DNA of 64,000 nucleotides from contig CM060733.1 of NCBI GenBank assembly GCA_030704615.1, positions 12,400,001 to 12,464,000 on the forward strand. Reading direction: 5' to 3'. Source of the DNA: Takakia lepidozioides (lineage: Eukaryota > Plantae > Bryophyta). Shown here piece after piece: positions 52,091 through 64,000 of this stretch. The notes beneath the pieces are model-generated. The model worked only from the letters and a program-made list of their open reading frames with translations, had not been told where the DNA came from and did no database searches. Within the stretch, counting starts at the first letter, position 1. Every line of letters starts with the position of its first letter. The translations under genes and the position numbers were made by a program.

Positions 52091-53558
52091 CTTATATTAA
52101 CCTGGAGTACCAAAAGATCAGAGATGCGCCCAAGAAGACCCTCAATATAAGAAAACAATATTAATTCATGTGTGAGGTAAGATGATGATTGAAAGGCACA
52201 TTAACAGCAAAACACTTCTAGACAACTGCACAAACCTATTTAATTAGATGCACTCGTAGAGACATACAAATATGTAATAGTAAGAATGGACTGAGGAACC
52301 ACCTGTTGAAAGGACAAATTAGAGCATCAGAAGAAACCATAGAGATTTGGGATGAATTTCATCAAACTTAAAAGACACTAAGACACTACTCTCACTGTTT
52401 CTTAGGACTGTTTTTTATTTTCTAGCCAGTATGAAGACTAGGCTAGTCAAGGCATATACGAAATGGAAAAATTCAATTTGATCCAGCATGATCTTGCAAA
52501 ATGAAAGAAAGAACTTTATAATGCTCACCTAAAGCTCATTCAAAACAAAGCAAGATACAAGAAGGAATGTGGCACCCTCAACAAGCAGCCCAAAAACAAC
52601 ATCAAGAGATTCTCAATGGTGGACAGCTTCAAGCAATTTTCATCCTTGTGGTTAAGACCTCAGCAAGGGGTTGGCTGTGCCTGAATAGACAATAGTATCA
52701 ACCCCGGATCTCGTAGTTGAGAGGACAGTGCAAAAACACGTCGTTAAGTCTCCATGTCTTATCTGTCATGCACAAGCAGCCAAGACACTGCAGATTGTCC
52801 CATCTATCGGTCTCGATCTGCAGGCTCCAGATCGTTTTGGGGTCTAGTTATTGGGCAAATCACACACAGCAGATTGATGTTTGTGTGAAGGGATTTCTAG
52901 AGGATATCTAGAAAACTCGGATCAATTGTCTGTTTCAAGGTAAGTCATACTACCGGTGTCAGCCCCTGACAAAGGTAGTTTCTGTCCCTCTGTGTTCCGC
53001 TGAAACTGGGCGTGGGGTCAATGGCCACAAGGCTAAGGCAAACAACGTCTTATGAGTACATTCTATCTGCAGGCTGTGAGCCCACCCTGAACCTTCCCAA
53101 TGCCCTGGAGATAGAACTATTGCACATGTTGTGCATGTTATAATCATGACTCGATGGCTGGCACCCATGCCCACACTTCAAAAGACAATCATCAGTCAGC
53201 ATGTTACAGAACAATCAGAATAATCCGAAAGTACCTGTCCTGAGCGATCAAGTCTTTCTGTATCCATTCCAATCTTCCATGCATTTCCAATTTTTATTCT
53301 TAGTTCACACTGAAAAGCCACACTGGACTACTTCACACCATGGTTGCAGCCTACACTTTAGTGACACAACCTACACAACATCCTGTCCATGGTATGAGAC
53401 TTGAGACAAATTAAACACGTAGCTCCTGCACTGACAACTACTCTTGACTAGCAAAACTGGGGTCATGATATGAAGGCATCACTTTCAGGATTAGTTTTGA
53501 GGGGAACAACATAGGGACAAGGTAGGTGCCAAGGAACAATTGCTACCGAAGATAAGGC

Positions 53559-54685
53559 CTAAGCACTGTTTTCGGGATTGAAAAAGAACTGCCTCAAAGT
53601 TGAATCAATGTAAGCAGGCTCTGCCATTGCTCCGTCCCCTATATCTCCGCACGCCAGCTTCTTCGAAATGGGCGAGATGACGATCGCGCCCAGTTCCTCA
53701 ATCGATGTCAAGTGACGCTGAGTGAAGGGGCTGTTCCACATAAGGGTGTTCATGGCTGGTGCAACAAATATGGGCTTTGAGAAATCCCAGGCTCGAACTA
53801 TACAAGTGAGAAGATTGTCGCAGAGGCCACCTGCAACCTACACAGCTTTCTGAACTTCAGGATTCTCATCGCTGTCCCCAGAGCTAAGACTTTCCAGATG
53901 TTTGGCGGGAAATACGATTCAAATGATTGAGACCCTCATCTAATCATCATCTTCATGCCTACACATGTGAGTACTGACTATGAGAACGGTGTGCAACTCA
54001 GTTGAACTAGAGGATATGAAAGATTGGGGTCTTCCTCACCTTTGCAAGTGTGTTCGCCGACAGAGGAGCAATCACCATGCCATCAGCCCACTTTCGAAGC
54101 TCAATGTGGAGCACCTCATCCCCTATCTTGTTCCAGGTCGACCACTCATCCTCATCTGTGTACAGATGTTTCAGATAGGAAGAAAGTCCACGCTGATCGA
54201 TGAAATGCAAGGCGGGAGTTGTGGCCACCATCCTTACCTCTGCCCAATCAGACAAACTCTGTGCAAGAATCCCAAACTTAATTGCTGCCACACTTCCACT
54301 TGCACACAAGATGATGCGGGGTTTTCTTTTCCCTTGGATCCCCCAGCCGAACATTGGAGTCATTTTCGGCCCAGCATCTGTCTCCTTCAATTTGTCCTTC
54401 CTCCTGTGTCACTCCATACCAAGCCCAATGACAGATAGGGTGAATGAGATCATGTATTCTTGAAAGAGAAACCCATCAAAACATGCTTCTCAAGAAATGT
54501 CTAGCCCTAAACGGCTGCAATTCGGGACTAATCAAAACAAAAATTCTGTATCTGCTCAGGATACCGTCCTTTGAATACTCTTCACACTCTCATCCTCAGA
54601 CGATACTTAGACTGCAGATAAAGAAACCAACTCACACGGAATCGTTGGAAGCAGACCCTGCATCTCTCGCGGAGGGGGCATCCAT
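53559..54685 (-). CDS. HAL3: Phosphopantothenoylcysteine decarboxylase (HAL3) with a MED31-derived N-terminus; exons 54685-54636, 54403-54040, 53837-53559
   Basis: KPRIILCASGSVAAIKF, VLHIELRKWAD..IAPLSANTLAK|VAGGLCDNLLTCIVRAWD..APAMNTLMW..KLACGDIGDGAMAEP (catalytic His and Cys motifs intact). Confidence 0.93.
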
Positions 54686-56410
54686 AATTACTGCAATCCT
54701 TCAAGAAACCACCTCCTGGTTCTCATCTTCGCTGTCAGAGAAGGTCAGTTGTCAGTTCCTCGGTGGGCCCGCCTCCTTTTCTCTCCAAACTCAGAAGTCC
54801 CAAAAGGACTTTCATTTTTTTGCTTTTTATTAACCTAGAAAGGGGACAGTATTTTTTGTTGAAGAAATTAAAGGCGAGGGGTTTTCGCAAGGTTTAGGTG
54901 ATGATTGTGAGGCAGCTTCATTTCTGAGTACCAATGTAGGGAAGAATCAAAGAAGAGAACATTGGTTTCATTCTGTTATGCCTAGGACTTCTTTATATGC
55001 ACACCATGAGACTGTTTTGTGGGACAGTTTTGGTTATGCGGTTGTTCTTATGTATGCCAACAAACCTCACTGATTGAAAAAGCAGGATACAACACTTCTC
55101 ATCTTTGTAGTGAAGGACCTTTGGTTTTCCCTGAATAGACACTAGTATCAACCGTGGATCTCATAGTCAAGAGGATAGTGGCAAAAAAAAAAGTCTGGAA
55201 TCTCGGCGTCCTGGCTGTCATGCACAAGCAGGGCAGGAGCAGCCGGCACACTCCAGGTTGTCCCATCTATCAGGTCTACCTTCCTGAACCTTCCCAAAGC
55301 CCGTAGAAGTACTGGAGATAGAGCTGCAGAGTAGTAGATTGGGCTGTAAAGATTCCATTGTCACATAGAACCAGGTGTCATGGTGGAACTGCAATTTTGT
55401 TGTCAGATAACGTGGTTACCAGGTCTGCTGATATGACATTTCGCCAGCTCCTGTCTAACGGACAAACCATGCCGTGCAAAAAAATGGGAGACCCATGCAT
55501 ACCAACAGGATTTAAACCAGCTGCTTCGAGTCTCACAGATGTTGTACGAGCATGACTGGCAACCACTCAGGTTGATAGATAGCAGCCTTGTCTCAAAGTA
55601 TGGCTTTGAGTTCGAGTGGTACTAAAGAAAATTCAGCATATAGAATATGGGATGGTTTTGAACATCCAGCCCCAATGTCTTTGAAGGAAAGATACCTATC
55701 GGGGTTCCAGATTTTTCTCCCACCAGGAAAGAGGCAAAATCTCACAGCCATGGATAGCGGTAGGCATGACAACTGAGTCAAAAAGCCCTTCTTCGTGGGA
55801 GCCATATCTGTAAATTTGAATTGGGGGGCATGAGAAAGCACTCCCAGAGTACAATTAACCACCTCAATTGCATGCTGAAGAGGATCCTCGGATCAGCCCG
55901 GTCATTAACAACCAGGAAGGTAGACCTGCAGTCCATAATCATCCTCAGGTGTTTTGTATGAATATGGGAGATTGTGCGAGTAGGACCACATTGTCTGCAT
56001 AAAGAAGCGCTGATTGTGTTGTACCTCAAGTAAAGGCACCCACTCCATGATTCGTCATAATGTACCCCTCAGGCCATTTATGCAGTGTAGTCCAAACGGA
56101 GTAGGTGACAGAACACATCGCTCCTTCACCACAATATTGCTGTGCACTTCAGTGAGAACTTCCCTGCCACCTTGACCATGCTGACAACAGCTTCATCCAT
56201 GCATCAAATGACCAGTGTGATGCCTTCACTATCCTGCAGAAGGTTGGTTCGAGGGACGGCATCAACAGCTTTCAGGAAATACGCGAAGCATCTCCACTTC
56301 TCCAGCATCTTTCTGACAAACCTGACGTCCCTCACTTTTCTCACCTTTGGATTTAGTTCTACACCACATGGATGATTTATGGCAGCACATAAGCTGCCAC
56401 GTTCTGTGGA

Positions 56411-59201
56411 TCACTCAACAAATCTTTTAGCCACACGTTCCGCTACCTCCACATCGCCGTGAATTCTGCATGCACCCAGCAAAGCCCTCCACAACCGAGC
56501 ATCTGCTTTGATCGGCATTTTGTTGATTAAATCCTCTGCCTCATGCAATTGCCCTGCACGGCTGAGAAGGTCCACCATGCAACCATAATGCTCCACTGTT
56601 GGGGAAAGGCTGTGATCTCGACTCATGGATTTAAAGTAGTGTCGGCCTTCATCCACTAGGCCCACATGGCTACATGCAGAGAGGAGAGATATGAAGGTGC
56701 GACCATTTGGCTTTAAGCCTTCCTGTTGCATTTGTGCAAACAGGTCAAGGGCCTCCATACCATGCCCATGCTGAGCATATCCTGCTATCACAGCATTCCA
56801 GGTGACCACATCATGTTGAGCCATATTGTTGAATACTTGATGCACATCCTTTAAGCTCCCGCATTTAGCATACATGTTAACAAGGGCAGTCTCCAAATTA
56901 ATAAAGGATGCTATTCCAGCTGTGATGATGTCAGCATGGATCTCCTTGCCCTTTTCTAGGGCTCCTAGCATGGCACATGCATTGAGAGCACAAATGTACG
57001 TGGCCCTGTCCGGCTTCACCCCTTCCCGTTGCATTTTCTCATAGATCTCGAAAGCCTCTCTACCACACCCAAGCTGAGCATAACCTGCAATCATGGCATT
57101 CCATGAGACAACATCTCTTTGAGCCATACTGTCGAACACTTGACGAGCATCCTTCATGCTCCTGCATTTCACATACATGTCAACAAGGGCAGTCTCCAAG
57201 TTAACATATGACGCAAGGCCAGCTTTGATAATGTCAGCATGGACTTCCTTGCCTTTGTCTAGGACTCCTAAGTTTGCACATGCATTGAGAATGCAAATGA
57301 ATGTGACCCTGTTGGGTGACACCCCAGCTTGTTGCATTTTTTCATAGATCTCAAAGGCTTCCCTGCTACACCCATGCTGAGCATATCCTGCAATCATTGC
57401 ACTCCATGAGACCACATCTTGTTGAGCCATGGTGTCAAACACTTGACGTGCATCCTTCATGCTACCACATTTTGCATACATATTGACAAGGGCAGTCTCC
57501 AAGTTAATATATGAGGCAATTCCGACTTTGGCCATGTCAGCATGGACCTGCTTGCCCTTTTCCAGGGCTCCTAGGCTAGCACACGCATTGAGAACACAAA
57601 TGAACGTGACCCTGTCAGGCATAACCCCCTCCCGTTGCATTTGCTGGTAGATTTTGAAAGCCTCCTCAGCAAATCCATGCTTTGCATATCCTGCCATCAT
57701 CATAGTCCAAGTAAACATATCTCGTTCAGGCATTTTGTCAAACACTTGGCGCGCATCAATGACACTCCCGCACTTGGCATACATTTTGACCAGGGTGTTG
57801 AGTAGAAGGATGCTTGGCTTGAATCCACTTTGGAAGATGTGGGCATGCACCTGCTTTCCCACTGCTAGGCCCTTCGTGTTGATGCACTCTTCCAAGAGAC
57901 ACAGATAAGTATTTGAGTCTGCCCGAATCCCTGGTTGGTTCAAGATGTGGAGCGCCTCTTTCAGTCTTCCTGTCTTACATAGTGTCCTCACTTCCCCACA
58001 TGTGCCAAAGAAGTTCTTGTTTAATCCCCCTGTTGGACCTCTTTCAAAAGCAGTGATAATGGTGGGGGTGCCACCACTGCTGCCAATCTGATGTCCAACA
58101 AACAAGTGTGCCTGATTCAACCCTGCCATCCTGCATGTCTCAATATTTTAGTTATGACCTTTACATTAAAGACAACACAAATGTCTGGAAGCTTCCAAAG
58201 AAAGATCCCTCTATGGGGTAAGGCTTCTTGATACATAGGGTTACTAAACTACTGTAATCTACACTATTCCCAAACTATTTGGTCCGAGTCAGAATCCTGA
58301 AATCATGATCAAAACAATACCCGTTGTATTCATGGTCTGGAGAAACGTCGTGTACATCGACGTTAAAATGTCTGAATTCTGGTGATCTTGGACTGTTCTG
58401 TAAAAACCAGTGACAACCACAAGTAAGCAGCTTTCCTCTTCTCATGCGGGAAAAACCTACTATCAGCACACGAAATTCGCTCTCGCTGCCTTTTCACGAC
58501 GATGAGAACCATTAATCTTGGAAAATGGAGATTTAATCCTCCACAACGTCAGCTTCAGTCGCATGCCTTCCTTCACAAACCCTATATGCAGAAAGCCTCA
58601 CCTTCTCAAATCTGTTGTCCCGCCAGTGTGAAGGATCTGAGAGGAACTCCTGCCCGAGCTCCTCTACGCTGATTGCTTGACCTGCGTGCGAGAATTCCTA
58701 AGTCCCTATTGAAGACTGCTACTGTAGCTTTGGCTAACATTGCTGCAAGTTGCCCTGACCTCTTTCTCTGCCTCATGGATACAAATCACATATACTATTC
58801 TACCGAAATGTACAGACTTTGCAGAAGATAGGGAAGGAGCTCATAATTGCCCATTGTGAGTGATACTCACGGTCCTCCAAAGCCTCTGTTTCACCAGATT
58901 CTGTCCTTCGACCAAAATCTGCCATCCCCCCACAATCTCGACTCCCCTCTTGCGATCTCCATGTAGCTCGTACGAAAGAATTGGATCCAAAATCTGATAC
59001 CCATCGACCATCTGGAACGGTGACCACCTCTGCTACCGTCCATGGGGGTTCCTTACTCCCAAACCCAAGGACCTTCTTCGAGCGGTTATGTTTGCAATCT
59101 AGAGATCTTGGGATTCTCTGTGCAAACCACCGTGTGCAGCTTCTGGGCAGTGATAGCTCGAGCCACGACCTCATGTAGAAACACCAATGCTCCACAAGCA
59201 T
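56411..59201 (-). CDS. PLS-class PPR protein with an N-terminal targeting region and degenerate OSB-type PDF motif, truncated in the E domain; exons 59201 (or 59174)-58871, 58681-58602, 58397-58321, 58130-56411
   Basis: 572-aa ORF of P-L-S triplets (LVNMYAKCGS..ARQVFD..DVVSW.AMIAGYAQHG; EHYGCMVDLL; WRALLGACRIHG). Upstream exons splice in frame. After RFVE a frameshift continues as DPQNVAAYVL; no E2 or DYW seen. Confidence 0.85.
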
Positions 59202-59620
59202 CACTTAACAGCAGCCCACAATTCCTATCTCCTGGAGAAGAAGACTGTTCCGATACATGAATAGTCATGGTCGATGTGGACGGGTGACCCACTGTTCTAG
59301 TGGGCCACAACCCATTGTTAAGAAGGGTTACGTCGATGACAGGTAAGTACGTTGGGACTCGGGCCATGTCCAAGTCTTGGGACAAATGAAAGGTGGTTGC
59401 CCTCTAACCACCGTCACCTTTGAAAGGTGTCATATCATCCCAATGCAACAGTGGAGGCAACCCCAATTGCTGCAATTTGCTTCTCGTTTTCTTGTTTGTT
59501 GGTCATGGATCCAGCTTGGGGTGCAGGGGCTGGTGGTCATTATGGGTGTAAAGCTTTGCTGCAGTTGAATGACTGTGAAATGCAGCAGTAGGAGAGAAAG
59601 AGGAGACAAAGACTGGGAAA

Positions 59621-62600
59621 ATGGACGAAGAACCAGTTTCGAATGCACCTTTTTCGTATGGACCGCTTTCGAATGCACCCATTTCGTATGCACCACTTTC
59701 GAATGCGCCACTTTCGATTGCACCACTTTCGAATGCATCTGAGACTGGAGCAAGTGTGGAGCAAGATGCAGCCAGTTTCTCTATACTGCTCCAAATCATC
59801 ATGTTGGGTTGCACCTTTGTCATAGGGCATGTATTGCGACGAAACAAAATCATGATCGTCCATGAGGCTGGGGCTGCCCTCCTCCTTGGTGCAGTTTCCT
59901 CCTCCAATATCGAAATCACTGTCCTTGGGTTAGGGATCGCTGCAACACAGTGTTCTGAGATTCAATTTTTCTTGTGTGTGTTTTATGATGCAAATCCCTT
60001 TGTCATAGGCTAGGCTATTGCCAGAAGCGTAATGATCACACATCAGAGAAAAAGATGGATATCATTCCATGAGAAAATCATTTGGAAGCCACGACATTGC
60101 AGGTGTTATCGTTGGATTGCTAGTGACATCCGTTGGCGACAGAGGGAACTTCAGGTGACATGCACTCTATTAGTGTCAAACAGGCAGTCTCAAAAATCCG
60201 TATTTGAAATGAGCTCTATGTGGCACTTTGAGAGGCAGAGAAAAGGAGAGTTATACTCACTTGCTGTTCCTTTAAGAGAATGTTCCTCTGGGTATAATCC
60301 TCTGGATGTGGTCGCAGGGTTTTAGAGTAGAGAAAGAAGTTACATAGTAATGAAATTATACTTTATAAAGAAAAAATAATAATAGAAATAGAGAAGAAAT
60401 CTGTTACCTCCCACAGATCATGACCTGAGACCAGAGAGAGATGTAAGAGCGAGAGATCCGGAAATGGTTGCTACTTATGTCCTTATTCCATGGAATTTGA
60501 GCTTCTCCTACCAATCGCATGTGTTATTAGGCCAAGTCACAAAAATTATCTAACTTGTTTTCGGGCCATAATGTGTAGCATGCTTCATGCAGGATGTGGA
60601 TCAATTTCAACAACCACTTCTTCTTTTACTTCCTTCTGCCCCCCATCATATTATATCCTTCACCATAATCCCATTGTGAATGAAAAAGGTAGGAGTTAAA
60701 AATGCCCTTAGTAGATTTATCTGCAATGCAATTGCAACAAGGCATTTGTCATCACCATGTGTAGACCCTATATGCAAGATGGTGTGCAGCAAATCGCCCA
60801 TACCGGTTTCCAGGGGGCAACTTGAACACTTTTAGTAGTTGGGAATGTACAGTCATCAGCTTGTCAGTTGGGTTTAACTTTTTTCACTTCTAGTAGTATT
60901 GTGGAATCCATTTGACTGGATCCACCACTGGTACATGAAGGCAAATAAGGTAGTATGAACGTAGAGTGTTTGTTGGCTTGTATGTTATAGTCGTGCTTGT
61001 CTCTCTGTAAAAGACCTCATTAGTGAACAAGCTTACAGATGTTTTACCCAAGTCTGTCAATCAAAACCCTTTCTCCTGTAGGTTTTCCTCGGAATTCTGA
61101 GCAAGTGTCCATCTTCTGAGTTTCTGCACAGCACCATGGAACCCTCACAATTTACTCATATACATCCCCGCAGAGAGAAAGAGAGAGAAAGTAAATGAAA
61201 TGCAGAGAGGGGGGGGAGGGGAGGGGGAAAATCTGTGGACAATGCAATTTCTTGACAGAGCATCAACACTGAATCGGGGTGGAGCCTGCAGCCTGTGAGC
61301 TTCCTACCTCCTAACTCCTGAACCCTTCCATGGAACGATCTGTGTTTTCTTTGTATCTACATGTTGCAGAAACTCCAGAGTCATTATAACCCCATCTGAA
61401 TGGAAAATTAGGGAGACCTAAAATCAGCAAAAGCTTGCATACCCAGCCGTCATCACAGGAAAGGGTTGAAATTTGTTGGTTGCAAGTTGAATATCTCTCT
61501 ACTGTGTATTTCAGTGGATTGGCGGGCTGCTTTTGACTGGATTAGACCCTGAATGGGGATGTATGCAGAGACACTTTTTTCTCAACTTTGGGGCGATCTG
61601 CACGTTTGCCTTCTTAGGGACAATCATCTCGACCTTTGTAATCGGCATACTTCTGTGAGTCATCTGTGTCTTTCCGATAAGTTTTGGGTTGTCTCTTGTT
61701 GTTCTACTTTCCTTGGGTCCATAGGCCCTGTGGAATTCCTGTGGACGTAATGATGCAAACTTCATGTCATCTCCGCATACTTGTTTTCCCTCCAAAGACT
61801 GATCAGAAGGTTGCGCGGACATTTATGGTGCAGATGGATATTTGGGGTATTACAATGGACATACAGCATGCCCTTTCTTGTTTGCCTCACCTTTGGTGCG
61901 CTTATTTCAGCAACAGATCCTGTTACCGTCCTTGCTATTTTCAATGTAAGTCCTTGCACCCCAAGCATGATCTCACTGGATCCGTGCTCCGGACTGGGAA
62001 GTGAAGCCTTCTATTTTCCTCAAAATCTTATGTGCTCATTTGTCTGTACCCATCAAGGTACTCCCTCGAGAGATTGGTATTCATGAGCTGGTGGTGGGGA
62101 CTTCGACACCAGCTCACCCCCGAGTTCTAATGTTCGACTACCTGAGGGCAATCCGGTAACAGAAGTTAGAAATATATCGTTTTAGTTGCACCTCCAGTCT
62201 AATCCAGAGAATGTCATAACCTATGTGTGGCAAGCTGTAGGGATGAAACCTACACCTTGAAAGGTGATTCAAGTGGTGGAAGGTGTTGGAAAGCAATCAA
62301 GTAAGTAATGAAAAGTATGGGCTGCAGGAACTGGGGGTGGACCCAGATTTGTATGCGTACGTCTTCGGGGAGGCTGTGCTGAACGATGCGGTAATTCTCC
62401 TACCTCTCACTATGTCATTTCCGCTACTGAAGCTTTCTGGACAAGATAAGAAGCAAGAGAACCTTCTATTTCGATTACTTCTCCTTAGCTTTTAGACCAT
62501 ACTTTCCCGTGACCAACCCTGGGAAAAGGAGGAAGGCAATGGGTCTCTCTCCACAACATGAAACTTACTTCATTTCTTTTTGTCCTGCCCCGTATGTTAT

Positions 62601-64000
62601 GAGATTACAAGGAGAGATTACTGTCTCTTCAGAGACTGCTCAACGCTAGCAAATACGTGTAGTTTCTAGACCAGATATGCTTGGCAGCTTACCTTCACAA
62701 GACATTCCGTTCTTGGGCAGCGATGTAGACCTGACTTCCGTCTCTTCTAGCCCTGCTCAGGGACCCAACGACCCTGTGAACACCATAAAAGAAATTCGGT
62801 CTGCAAATCAAAGCAGACCTAACTTGAATGTGTTCCAAATCCATGTAGCATTGAAAGCAACTACTTATAGTGTGAGTCGACAGAGAATGGAAATCCAATA
62901 TCAACAAAAGCTGGACGACTACTTCTCCACTGCCTCACTGAGCTTCCTGGATTGGGTTTGTGCTGCAGGTTGCTATTGTCATGTACAGGTACATGGTTAT
63001 CTCATCACATGTATATGGCCGACGGAACAATCTGGCATGGAAACTATACCAAAATGTTTAGGCAACATCTGAGATGGTGGCATATCCATCAGATGGGGTG
63101 TAATATGTGTGGGAACGAAAAAGCAAGGAAGTAAAGATCTATATTGATCAGATGTTTGGAGGCGTCACAATCAACGAGTATTACCAAGAAGATGCTTGTG
63201 CTAAGACTACAATCACAATTGAAAACAATAAGTGTTGTGATCAGTTGAATTTCAATGAGTTGCTGCGCAAGTCACAAAATGACAAAGTTTACTCTATGTT
63301 CAAGCATCTCTTTCGTGTCACATGCAGAACAGTACTTGCATTTGTTGGACGGCCAATCAGTGAGCAAGGCATCTTCTCAGCAATTACATACTTCATTGGC
63401 AATTTTGTGGGTTCTTTATCAATTGGTAAGATTCGGAACTCAAGTCCTCTCTTTCTTCCTCAGGATCTCCTGCCCTCATATTCTGAAGAGATTTGAAGTA
63501 GTCCTATGGGGTTTATTGTAATGCAGGTGGGCTAGCAGCCATTGGCAGTGCACTTTTGTTCAAATATGGTGGTCTGCAAGAGCAAGGGTATGAGTACACA
63601 ACGTTGTACTATAGCAACACACACACAGATTGAGGACTTACTGGGAGGATTTTAGCTCTTGTGAAATCCACTTTCAGCTGCACAGTGATGAATTCTACAA
63701 ATCCGTTGTCTCCCCTGCCTCACCCCAAAAGAGAATTGACTAATATAAGCTAGAAGAAATTGTCATATTTCCTGTCAATCATTGTGCAGAGTTGATGTGA
63801 TTGACTGATTTTGCACACCACTCAGACATGGCTACCAATTAAAACCAGACACTGTTGATGGGGTTGGGAACAAAGCAGGCTAACAACACTGGAGTCCTGT
63901 TTGGTGGCCCTGTTTCCATATGGGGCGTACATGATAGCAGATTGCCTTGAGCTTTCTGGCATTGTGGCAATTCTCTTTGCTGGCATTGTGAGTGGGAACA
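59621..64000 (+). CDS. NHX: Na+(K+)/H+ exchanger, endosomal NHX5/6-like class; 3' end outside the window
   Basis: [27 protein letters not shown]; [11 protein letters not shown]|FESGWSLQP|[18 protein letters not shown]; [17 protein letters not shown]; [11 protein letters not shown]; [25 protein letters not shown]. Confidence 0.93.
59637..59740 (+). repeat. 15-nt coding tandem repeat (~7 units) at the NHX N-terminus
   Basis: tttcg(a/t)atgcacc(a/g)c units encoding [34 protein letters not shown]. Confidence 0.9.
60653..61269 (+). other. U12-type AT-AC intron in NHX
   Basis: 5' site ATATCCTT, branch TTCTTGAC 13 nt upstream of the terminal AC; removal restores LLPPII-F-ESG in frame. Confidence 0.9.

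Overview
Gene-dense nuclear DNA from a land plant, probably a non-seed plant such as a bryophyte, lycophyte or fern (inferred from the PLS-PPR style and the TPC type). All family assignments are by motif recognition from memory; no search was run. Spliced host genes reconstructed by hand, in order: ELIP (+), a TPR/metallo-beta-lactamase fusion (-), HCF244/Ycf39 (+), DUF1997 (+), a two-pore channel with animal-type TAN/VNN filters (-), MED31 (-), a U2 snRNA (+), HAL3/PPC decarboxylase (-), a PLS-PPR gene (-) and an endosomal-class NHX antiporter (+, runs off the window) with an AT-AC U12 intron. The centre is a complete 15.1-kb Mutator-like element (35141-50254; long GC-rich TIRs, perfect 9-bp TSD GTGTCGAAA). 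It carries a degenerate SWIM/MULE transposase, a convergent large gene ending in a Ulp1-like protease, captured CACTA and RPS3a fragments, and a pervasive oriented AGTCTG/CAGACT motif. Most notable: (1) HAL3 is a chimera whose promoter, exon 1, intron 1 and start of exon 2 are a copy of the nearby MED31 5' end; (2) the MULE has a VANDAL-like architecture suggesting a sequence-specific anti-silencing system; (3) the PPR gene has three upstream exons encoding an OSB-type PDF motif.
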